From Rhynchopus sp. YZ270_cl-10 (lineage: Eukaryota): a DNA stretch of 64,000 bases. Numbering within the stretch: position 1 is the stretch's first letter; each line of letters opens with the position of its first letter. This document shows, piece by piece, positions 38,701 through 49,300 of this stretch. The notes below the pieces were generated by a model. It did not search any database. It was not told where the DNA came from and saw nothing but the letters and a program-made list of their open reading frames with translations. Made by a program: the position numbers and the translations under genes. The DNA is taken from the NCBI GenBank assembly GCA_964035575.1, contig OZ037838.1:1984001-2048000 (forward strand), given 5' to 3'.

Positions 38701-41700
38701 TTACAAAAGAGATGTGCGCCACCCACACACACACACACACACCCCCTCACCACCAGGGGGATTTGACCAAAAAATCGATTTTTTTAAATAAATAGTTGCT
38801 CATCCAAAAGTGAATTTTTTGGGCTTAACGTGTTGTTTGGGGGTATTGAGGCCCAAAAAAAAATTTTTTTTCAGTCGTGTTCAGAAATTGGACTGCCAAA
38901 TGACATGTGGCATTCGGCCAAAAATCAGCTTTTTTGGTCATTTTTACCTTGTAAAACATGACACTTGTGGCATGCTTCCCAGCACAGGAAAGTGCATTGA
39001 AAAACCTGAAAAAACACATGTAATATGTGATGGTCAAAAGTGCAAGATTCCTTCGTTAATGAACTTTTTGAGTACCAGTTATACCTGGGGAATATGGTCA
39101 GATCACTCTTTTGACCATCTGGCGTTTACGACAAAAACACCACTTTTTAACAGGCCACTTTACAGGCACGAGTGAGGTTTTTTTGTACACGTTACCGTGA
39201 GCGGGCGCGCGAAGCGCGCACGCGAACGCCGCGCGGGAAGCGAATAGCTGACCGCCTGCCCAGTGTGTGAGGTGCTTACAAAAAAAACCACCTTGAGTGT
39301 AATTGCTTTAGTAAATGACACTTGGCATTATGCCAAAATCAGCATTTTTGCCTTGAAAAACCTAAAAAATCACATGTAATGTGTGGTGGTCAAAAGTGCA
39401 CGATTCCTTCGCTAATGCATTTTTTGAGTACCAGTTATATCTGGGGAATATAGTCAGATCACTCTTCCAGCTGGCGTTTACCACAAAAACACTACTTTTT
39501 CAACAGGCCACTTTTCGCCTGAAGAGCCACTTAAGGCAGGCACCACCAGCCAGCCAGTTTCCATGAGCGGCAGAACTGGAATGTGCGTATTGGGCAGTGA
39601 AACTGCCGAGTACGCACACTCCAGTTCAGAAAAAAATCCTAAAAAACCTTAGTTTTTTAGTCTTTACTATAGAGATGTGCGCCACCCACACCACACACAC
39701 TACACACCCACACACAGCACACCCACACACACCCACACACACACACACACACACCCCCTCACCACCAGAGGGGATTTGACCAAAAAATCGATTTTTTTAA
39801 ATAAATAGTTGCTCATCCAAAAGTGAATTTTTTGGGCTTAACGTGTTGTTTGGGGGCATTGAGGCCCAAAAAAAAAATTTAAGACAGTCCTGTTCAAAAA
39901 ATGGACTGCCAAATGACATGTGGCATTCGGCCAAAAAGCAGCTTTTTTGGTCATTTTTACCTTGTAAAACATGACACTTGTGGCATGCTTCCCAGTACAG
40001 GAAAGTGCATTGAAAAACCTGAAAAAACACATGTAATATGTGATGGTCAAAAGTACAAGATTCTTTCGTTAATGAACTTTTTGAGTACCAGTTATACCTG
40101 GGGAAAGATAGTCAGATCACTCTTTTGACCATCTGGCGTTTACGACAAAAACACCACTTTTTAACAGGCCACTTTACAGGCACGAGTGAGGTTTTTTTGT
40201 ACACGTTACCGTGAGCGGGCGCGCGAAGCGCGCACGCGAACGCCCCGCGGGAAGCGAATAGCTGACCGCCTGCCCAGTGTGTGAGGTGCTTACAAAAAAA
40301 ACCACCTGTAAAAAAAGGGAGGTCCTCATCACGTTTCCATGGAAGTGTCACACAGAACGACAGGTTTTTTAGCCCGTCACCAAATCGATTTTTTTAAATA
40401 AATAGTTGCTCATCCAAAAGTGAATTTTTTGGGCTTAACGTGTTGTTTGGGGGCATTGAGGCCCAAAAAAAAATTTAAGACAGTCCTGTTCAAAAAATGG
40501 ACTGCCAAATGACATGTGGCATTCGGCCAAAAATCAGCTTTTTTGGTCATTTTTACCTTGTAAAACATGACACTTGTGGCATGCTTCCCAGTACAGGAAA
40601 GTGCATTGAAAAACCTGAAAAAACACATGTAATATGTGATGGTCAAAAGTGCAAGATTCCTTCGTTAATGAACTTTTTGAGTACCAGTTATACCTGGGGA
40701 ATATGGTCAGATCACTCTTCAGACCATCTGGCGTTTACCACAAAAACACCACTTTTTAACAGGGCACTTTTCACCTGAAAAGCCAGTTCATGAAGGCATG
40801 AGTGAGGTTTTTTTGTGATGCGTTACCGTGAGCGGGCGCGCGAAGCGCGCACGCGAACGCCCCGCGGGAAGCGAATAGCTGACCGCCTGCCCAGTGCGTG
40901 AGGTGCTTACAAAAAAAACCACCTGTAAAAAAAGTGTGGTCCTCATCACGTTTCCATGGAAGTGTCACAAGAACGACAGGTTTTTTAGCCCGTCACCAAA
41001 TTGTGGGAAACAAACAAAGGACAAGAGAAATCCTAAAAAACCTTAGTTTTTTAGTCTTTACTATAGAGATGTGCGCCACCCACACCACACACACTACACA
41101 CCCACACACAGCACACCCACACACACCCACACACACACACACACACACCCCCTCACCACCAGGGGGATTTGACCAAAAAATCCTAAAAAACCTTAGTTTT
41201 TTAGTCTTTACTATAGAGATGTGCGCCACCCACACCACACACACTACACACCCACACACAGCACACCCACACACACCCACACACACACACACACACACCC
41301 CCTCACCACCAGGGGGATTTGACCAAAAAATCGATTTTTTTAAATAAATAGTTGCTCATCCAAAAGTGAATTTTTTGGGCTTAACGTGTTGTTTGGGGGT
41401 ATTGAGGCCCAAAAAAAAATTTTTTTTCAGTCGTGTTCAGAAATTGGACTGCCAAATGACATGTGGCATTCGGCCAAAAATCAGCTTTTTTGGTCATTTT
41501 TACCTTGTAAAACATGACACTTGTGGCATGCTTCCCAGTACAGGAAAGTGCATTGAAAAACCTGAAAAAACACATGTAATATGTGATGGTCAAAAGTGCA
41601 AGATTCTTTCGTTAATGAACTTTTTGAGTACCAGTTATACCTGGGGAAAGATGGTCAGATCACTCTTTTGACCATCTGGCGTTTACGACAAAAACACCAC

Positions 41701-43453
41701 TTTTTACAGGCCACTTTACAGGCACGAGTGAGGTTTTTTTGTACACGTTACCGTGAGCGGGCACGCGAAGCGCGCACGCGAACGCCCCGCGGGAAGCGAA
41801 TAGCTGACCGCCTGCCCAGTGTGTGAGGTGCTTACAAAAAAAACCACCTGTAAAAAAAGGGAGGTCCTCATCACGTTTCCATGGAAGTGTCACACAGAAC
41901 GACAGGTTTTTTAGCCCGTCACCAAATCGATTTTTTTAAATAAATAGTTGCTCATCAGAAAGTGAATTTTTTGGGCTTAACGTGTTGTTTGGGGGTATTG
42001 AGGCCCAAAAAAAAATTTTTTTTCAGTCGTGTTCAGAAAATGGACTGCCAAATGACATGTGGCATTCGGCCAAAAATCAGCTTTTTTGGTCATTTTTACC
42101 TTGTAAAACATGACACTTGTGGCATGCTTCCCAGCACAGGAAAGTGCATTGAAAAACCTGAAAAAACACATCTAATATGTGATGGTCAAAAGTGCAAGAT
42201 TCCTTCGTTAATGAACTTTTTGAGTACCAGTTATACCTGGGGAATATGGTCAGATCACTCTTTTGACCATCTGGCGTTTACGACAAAAACACCACTTTTT
42301 AACAGGCCACTTTACAGGCACAAGTGAAGTTTTTTTGTACACGTTACCGTGAGCGGGCGCGCGAAGCGCGCACGCGAACGCCCTGCGGGAAGAGAATAGC
42401 GGACCACCTGCCCAGTGCGTGAGGTGCAGGGCTTCCCACAGGGGGGACCAGGGGGGACCACTGGTCCCCCTGGGGGAAAATAAAAATAATAAGGGGGGAC
42501 CAGGGGGGACCAGCCTGCCCTTGAGTGTTCCGAGGCTGCCTATTAGGAATTTTCCACATTTTTTTTAATTTTTCCCACCCTCCCGTCCCCGCGCATCCAA
42601 ATACAGGCAACTACACGACGGTGATGTACAGTACATTACAAGTGAAGTTACATGTAACGTTACAAGTGAGTTACAAGTGAGTTACAAGTGGGATACATGA
42701 ATTACAGGCAAAATCCTAAAAAACCTTAGTTTTTTAGTCTTTACAAAAGAGATGTGCGCCACCCACACCACACACACTACACACCCACACACACACACAC
42801 ACACCCCCTCACCACCAGGGGGATTTGACCAAAAAATCGATTTTTTTAAATAAATAGTTGCTCATCCAAAAGTGAATTTTTTGGGCTTAACGTGTTGTTT
42901 GGGGGTATTGAGGCCCAAAAAAAAATTTTTTTTCAGTCGTGTTCAGAAATTGGACTGCCAAATGACATGTGGCATTCGGCCAAAAATCAGCTTTTTTGGT
43001 CATTTTTACCTTGTAAAACATGACACTTGTGGCATGCTTCCCAGCACAGGAAAGTGCATTGAAAAACCTGAAAAAACACATGTAATATGTGATGGTCAAA
43101 AGTGCAAGATTCCTTCGTTAATGAACTTTTTGAGTACCAGTTATACCTGGGGAATATGGTCAGATCACTCTTTTGACCATCTGGCGTTTACCACAAAAAC
43201 ACCACTTTTTAACAGGCCACTTTTCACCTGAAAAGCCAGTTCATGAAGGCACAAGTGAAGTTTTTTTGTACACGTTACCGTGAGCGGGCGCGCGAAGCGC
43301 GCACGCGAACGCCCCGTGGGAAGCGAATAGCGGACCACCTGCCCAGTGCGTGAGGTGCTTACAAAAAAAACCACCTGTAAAAAAAGAGAGGTCCTCATCA
43401 CGTTTCCATGGAGGTGTCACACAAGAACGACAGGTTTTTTAGCCCGTCACCAA
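23748..43453. mobile_element. Array of a ~761-bp non-autonomous Helentron/DINE-1(HINE)-like element; tandem and self-nested copies
   Basis: Ends are fixed (ATCCTAAAAAACCTTAG... and ...AGGTTTTTTAGCCCGTCACCAA). There is an 11-bp asymmetric subterminal inverted repeat CTAAAAAACCT/AGGTTTTTTAG, terminal hairpins and an internal CA-rich microsatellite. Insertion is at AA|AT (TT on the other strand) without duplication. Head-to-tail 761-bp units start at 35151, 35912, 36673 and 37434. Confidence 0.75.
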
Positions 43454-43687
43454 ATTGTTTTCTGTACATCTAATCATTCACAAAAAATTTATTTACATTC
43501 TACCTTCTAGAAAAAACTGTACAGCACAAAAAAAAAAAAACGGAAAAGTAAAAAGTAAAAAAGGGGGACGCTCCTGCACCCGCTCCTGTGGGGACAACCC
43601 CGGCTTGCGCCGGGGCAGTCGCCCTTTGCGGGCCCCTGAGCTTCCCCAAAACCTTGCTCGACGAAAAAAAAAAAAAAAAAAAAAAAC

Positions 43688-43906
43688 CCGTATGAGGCAG
43701 GTCTGAGCCCCATCCTGGAACCCAACCACCTCATCCTGGGCAACAACAAGCCCGCTGACATTCTGCTGTCCACAGGGGTCGGGGAGTCGAGAGGACGAGC
43801 TATCGATGTGACTGTGTGGACGCCGACGTCAGCGTCGATGGTGCAGGGTGCCGCAGTCGCGAAGGGGTACGCGGCGACGAAGGCGGAAACTGCCAAGAGG
43901 AAGAAG
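43688..43906 (+). pseudogene. Fragment encoding the N-terminal half of a restriction-like endonuclease (RLE) of a CRE-like retrotransposon
   Basis: Translates PYEAGLSPILEPNHLILGNNKPADILL...AIDVTVWTP...YAATKAETAKRKK, homologous to GAGLGPVIEQ...RPADIYL...LDVTHVAP...KTQGQRKREK in the long ORF; ends at the gap. Confidence 0.85.
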
Positions 43907-44106
43907 NNNNNNNNNNNNNNNNNNNNNNNNNNNNNNNNNNNNNNNNNNNNNNNNNNNNNNNNNNNNNNNNNNNNNNNNNNNNNNNNNNNNNNNNNNNNNN
44001 NNNNNNNNNNNNNNNNNNNNNNNNNNNNNNNNNNNNNNNNNNNNNNNNNNNNNNNNNNNNNNNNNNNNNNNNNNNNNNNNNNNNNNNNNNNNNNNNNNNN
44101 NNNNNN
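43907..44106. other. Assembly gap (200 N)
   Basis: Run of N. Confidence 0.99.
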
Positions 44107-44143
44107 GGTTTGCGGGTTTGCGGGTTTGCGGGTTTGCGGGTTT
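44107..44143. repeat. (GGGTTTGC)n tract, the reverse complement of the (GCAAACCC)n tracts
   Basis: About 4.5 copies directly after the gap. Confidence 0.9.
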
Positions 44144-45992
44144 TTCAATGCACTTTCCTGTACTGGGAAGCATGCCACAAGTGTCATGTTTTACAAGGTA
44201 AAAATGACCAAAAAAGCTGATTTTTGGCCGAATGCCACATGTCATTTGGCAGTCCAATTTCTGAACACGACTGAAAAAAAATTTTTTTTTGGGCCTCAAT
44301 ACCCCCAAACAACACGTTAAGCCCAAAAAATTCACTTTTGGATGAGCAACTATGTATTTAAAAAAATCGATTTTTTGGTCAAATCCCCCTGGTGGTGAGG
44401 GGGTGTGTGTGTGTGTGTGTGGGTGTGTGTGGGTGTGCTGTGTGTGGGTGTGTAGTGTGTGTGGTGTGGGTGGCGCACATCTCTATAGTAAAGACTAAAA
44501 AACTAAGGTTTTTTAGGATTTGGTGACGGGCTAAAAAACCTGTCGTTCTTGTGTGACACTTCCATGGAAACGTGATGAGGACCACACTTTTTTTACAGGT
44601 GGTTTTTTTTTGTATGCACCTCACGCACTGGGCAGGTGGTCCGCTATTCGCTTCCCACGGGGCGCTCGCGTGCGCGCTTCGCGCGCCCGCTCGCGGTAAC
44701 GTGTACAAAAAAACTCTATGGTCACTTTTTTGCACTATTGTGTGCTGGGAAGCATGCCACAAGTGTCATGTTTTACAAGGTAAAAATGACCGAAAAAGCT
44801 GATTTTTGGCCGAATGCCACATGTCATTTGGCAGTCCATTTTTTGAACAGGACTGTCTTAAATTTTTTTTTTGGGCCTCAATACCCCCAAACAACACGTT
44901 AAGCCCAAAAAATTCACTTTTGGATGAGCAACTATTTATTTAAAAAAATCGATTTTTTGGTCAAATCCCCTCTGGATGGTGAGGGGGTGTGTGGGTGGGT
45001 GTGTGGGTGGGTGGTGTGGGTGTGGGTTTGCGGGTGTGTGGTGTGGGTGGCGCACATCTCTATAGTAAAGACTAAAAAACTAAGGTTTTTTAGGATTTTT
45101 GGCCGAATGCCACATGTCATTTGGCAGTCCAATTTCTGAACACGACTGAAAAAAAATTTTTTTTTGGGCCTCAATACCCCCAAACAACACGTTAAGCCCA
45201 AAAAATTCACTTTTGGATGAGCAACTATTTATTTGGTGACGGGCTAAAAAACCTGTCGTTCTTGTGTGACACTTCCATGGAAACATGAGGAGGACCTCAC
45301 CTTTTTTTACAGGTGGTTTTTTTTGTATGGACCTCACACACTGGGCAGGCGGTCAGCTATTCGCTTCCCGCGGGGCGTTCGCGTGCGCGCTTCGCGCGCC
45401 CACTCACGGTAACGTGTACAAAAAAACCTCACTCATGCCTTCATGAACTGCTTTAAAAGTGGCCTGTAAAAAGTGGTGTTTTTGTGGTAAACTCCAGCTG
45501 GTCTGAAGAGTGATCTGACCATATTCCCCAGGTATAACTGGTACTCAAAAAGTTCATTAACGAAGGAATCTTGCACTTTTGACCATCACATATTACATGT
45601 GTTTTTTCAGGTTTTTCAATACACTTTTGTGTACTGGGAAGCATGCCACAAGTGTCATGTTTTACAAGGTAAAAATGACCAAAAAAGCTGCTTTTTGGCC
45701 GAATGCCACATGTCATTTGGCAGTCCATTTTTTGAACAGGACTGTCTTAAATTTTTTTTTTGGGCCTCAATGCCCCCAAACAACACGTTAAGCCCAAAAA
45801 ATTCACTTTTGGATGAGCAACTATTTATTTAAAAAAATCGATTTTTTGGTCAAATCCCCCTGGTGGTGAGGGGGTGTGTGTGTGTGTGTGTGTGGGTGTG
45901 TGTGGGTGTGCTGTGTGTGGGTGTGTAGTGTGTGTGGTGTGGGTGGCGCACATCTCTATAGTAAAGACTAAAAAACTAAGGTTTTTTAGGAT
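44141..45992. mobile_element. Nested copies of the same HINE-like element, in opposite orientation to the main array
   Basis: Reverse-complement ends TTGGTGACGGGCTAAAAAACCT and CTAAGGTTTTTTAGGAT; the same internal modules. Confidence 0.8.
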
Positions 45993-46012
45993 TCCTAGTA
46001 CAGAGCTGTGGA

Positions 46013-46156
46013 GGGGACCACTTTTTTACAGGGGACCACTTTTTTACAGGGGACCACTTTTTTACAGGGGACCACTTTTTTACAGGGGACCACTTTTTTA
46101 CAGGGGACCACTTTTTTACAGGGGACCACTTTTTTACAGGGGACCACTTTTTTACA
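46013..46156 (+). repeat. 18-bp tandem repeat (GGGGACCACTTTTTTACA) x8 at the retrotransposon 5' end
   Basis: Copies start at 46013, 46031, 46049, 46067, 46085, 46103, 46121 and 46139. Confidence 0.95.
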
Positions 46157-46301
46157 CATTACAACACACTTGTCCTTTCTTTTTAACCCCTCCCTTCCTT
46201 TCCCTCCCCTTTCCTTTGTTTTTATTTTTGTGAGCCTTGTACGCCTCCTCGGGGCGGTCCCTGGGCAACGGTTGAGGGTGCAGGCCGGCGAAGCGCAAGG
46301 C
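46139..46301 (+). ncRNA. HDV-like self-cleaving ribozyme in the retrotransposon 5' UTR (shortest form given; P1 can come from any of the 8 repeats)
   Basis: P1 GGGGACC / GGTCCCT (46256-62, G-U at position 1); P2 GCCTTGTAC (46234-42) / GCGCAAGGC (46293-301); P3 GCC/GGC; L3 TCCTCGG; P1.1 CC/GG (46263-64); GCAA linker; P4 CGGTTG/CAGGCCG; J4/2 GCGAA with the C75 equivalent at 46289. Order and core sequence follow the genomic HDV ribozyme. Confidence 0.85.
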
Positions 46302-46354
46302 GTAGTGTGTCTTGCCCTTATTTCCTTTTGTTTTTTGTTTTCCTTTTGGTGAAG

Positions 46355-49300
46355 ATGTGCAGGTGGAGAGCCCAGGTATGGGCTGTGGCGCTCCTGTGTG
46401 GAGCCATAGATGATGGTGGCGCATTGCCCAACTGGACCTGCAGCAGCACAAGAAGTCATCGAGCAGCACCTGACGATAGCAGCAACTCCAGCGGCGGCAG
46501 CAAAGGCGGCGGCAGCACCACCTTCAGAGGTATCGGCTACTACTACTACAGCTGCAGTAGTGGCAGCTTCAGCTCGAGCACGGGCACTGAAAGCAGCGGC
46601 AAGCAGAGCTGGGGAAGTAACCCCAGTGGGGTCAGCGGCAACGGGACCTACTACAGCAGCGCCAAAAGCAGTGGCTATTTTTTGCGGGATAGTGGCGGGG
46701 ATGTGGGACGCTCTGATAGCAGTGGTAGAGGTGGCAGCAGCAGCAGCAGCAGAAACAGCAACCACAGTAACAGCAGCAACAGTAGCACAAGCATCAGTAG
46801 CAGCAACAGCTACTACAACAGCAGCTGCTACAGTTTCGGCTACAGCAACTGCTACAATTACTACTGCAGCAAGAGCGAGAGCACCTGCAACTGCAACTGC
46901 AACGACTACGGCATGAACAACAACAGCAACTGCTACAGCAACAGCCATCACTGCTGCAAGAGCACCAGCAACAGCACCAACAACTGCACCTGCAACAACC
47001 GCAAGAGCTACAACTACAGCAGTTACAGCAACTGCAGCAGCCAAGGCTGGAGTGAGAGAGTGGGTGCAGGCGGTGCCGGGCATGGTGGAGGCTCAGTCAG
47101 GAGTGGGTATGGAGTTTTAGACGGCGACGATGATGGCCCCCGCCCCCCCGGCAGCAGCAGCTCCTTCAGCCACAAGAACCTCAGCAACAGTCTCCTCAGC
47201 GGTGGCAGCGGGAGCCCCCTTCCCCCCCATTATTACCCCATAAAGAGGCCTTTTGAGCCCAACAACCCAAGCAGCTACAGCTTTGATAGCAGTAACAAAA
47301 ATTTTTGTGGAGGCAACACAGCAAAAAACTGTTGTCATTATAGACCACACCCCCCTCCCCCCCATGATAACCCCAAAAAGAGGCACGGTATGCCCAACCA
47401 TTTCAGTGGCTGCAACTGTGATAGCAGCAAAAACGTACTCCTCGGAGTCCTGGGTAGGGTCCCGGTATCACCCCTGGCGTGCAGCAGCGGTAGCAGCACC
47501 ACCTACAGCATCAGCAACTGCAGCAGCAATAGCACAAGTGTATCTATAGGCGCCTACAGCAACACCAGCTCCTGCAGCGACGCCAACAGCAACAGCAATG
47601 ACTACAGCAGCTGCAGCATCAACATCATGGGTGACGGTGTGAGAGGTATGCTGGTGTTCGGGGACAGCCTTGAGGGGCTTGAGGGTCAGAGTTGCTGTGT
47701 GACGATGCGGGTGTGGCGGACCTTTCTCACCCCCACTTTCCAAAAGGGGAACGTAAAGTTAGAGCTATGGTTCGACTGGTGGTGCAACCTCTGGGAGGTC
47801 TTCACCTCCTTGCGCCAACCAGACCCCTGCTGGGTAGCCGAGGCACCTGAGTGGGGAGTGTTTGTGTCTTTCGCGGTCCTGGATCTGTGGAAGGACAGAC
47901 GCGCCCCCACCCTCAGTCTCCTCCTTTTGTGGCTGGTGGGTAGGAGGAGGCCCAGGAGGTTGTGCAGGGGTCCCCGGTCTTTGAACTGGGCCAAAGCACA
48001 GGCGGGTAAGCTCCGTCGGCGCAAGCTCCGTCGGCGCAAGGCGCCCTGCAATCGTCCGCCCTCTCCGTTCGCACCCGCAGGTTCCCGCAGTTTCAGGGGT
48101 GCTGACGCTGTGAGAGGGGCAGTGCAGTGTGCGGCCATCTGGGTACTGGTGGTTGTGGGCTCTGAGCTTGGGAGGTCAGCGCCACATGCTTTGGGTTGTG
48201 TGCTGTTTCGGGACGCGGAGTTGCTGGGGGTGGGGCTGCTGCGGGGACTGTGCAGATTACGCAGGGGAGGGCGGTGGCTGGAAGGGGTGAGCGAGCGAGT
48301 GCGCCGATGGACCGGAGGGATCCGAGTGGCTGCCAGCTTGGTGAGGGCCAGTGTGCTGAGGGTGAGTCAGTTTTCGGTGAGTGCGGCCGGGTGGGTTTGG
48401 GTTGCATGGTCCGCAGGCGGTTTTTTGGCGGGTGTTGTGGCACTGGTCGGTGTCGCGCGCCCACTTGGCTGGGTTCTTCTCTTGGAGGTGTACCGTGTGG
48501 CAACACTCATGTGGACTCGTAGGATCGGGATGGCTTTTGGCATGCTGGCCTTATCCCTACTGGTCTTGCTGTCACTGTTGTGGCGAGCGGTGACGCCCTG
48601 GGACCTGCTCCCTGCCCCTGCTGATCCGAAGCACCCGATAGGCTTGTCCCCGTACGCTTTGTCGGGCGGCTGTGCGAATAGGGAGTCGCCTGCGTACCAT
48701 GCCGACGCCGTGGTAGTGGACAGAGTCCTGACCAGATACGGAGCCCAGCGGAACGTCACCTCCTCCACCAACGACTGCGGATACCTGGCGTTGCATTACT
48801 GGGATAGCGTAGCTCAGCCGGACGTTAAGGCCCTGCGCAAGGTGGTTGTGGATGCCGCTACGTCGGTGCCCGATAGGATGGTTCAGGTTTTGGGAAGTGG
48901 ACTGGCCGTCACGGAGTTTGTAAACGGTGTTTCAGGCACTGCTCACCTAAATCACATGGGGCTCCAGCTCTTCGCCACTTCGCAGCAGAAGAACATCGTG
49001 GTGGTGCAGGCTAGTGAGGACGACCCGCTGGTGCTCATCTCCCCGGGGTGCCGTTTCCTGACGGCCGCGGCCATTGCTAAGTTCCAAGACACGTTGGATA
49101 CAGTGGTCATCAGCCTCTGCGGCTCGCATTTCGAATACGTGTCCGTAGGGGCGGACAACGCGAATTCGAAGGAGTCCGTCGCATGGAAGATGCGTAAGGC
49201 TGCGCGAGACGCCGTTTTGGACCCGGCCCAGAAGATCGGCCCCATCCCCACCACCACCAGGACGACGGCGCCCCTATCAACTAAGTTGGGGAACATCAAC

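Noticed and set aside
23748..43453. CRISPR-like array (constant ends with occasional unique spacers)
   Set aside because: Units are hundreds of bp, spacers are rare and 30-190 bp long, there are no cas genes and the context is eukaryotic. Nested insertion explains the pattern.
23748..43453. Head-to-tail array of variably 5'-truncated retroelements
   Set aside because: There are no poly(A) tails, and both ends are precise while the interrupted halves match each other, which fits insertion rather than truncation.
23924..45832. Many recurrent short ORFs in the array (e.g. MNFLGLTCCLG..., MDCQMTCG...)
   Set aside because: They are translations of a non-coding repeat; frames change freely with homopolymer length and show no domain motifs.
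45995..47083. 362-aa Ala/Val-rich minus-strand ORF
   Set aside because: Antisense shadow of the trinucleotide-rich start of the retrotransposon and of the 18-bp repeat.
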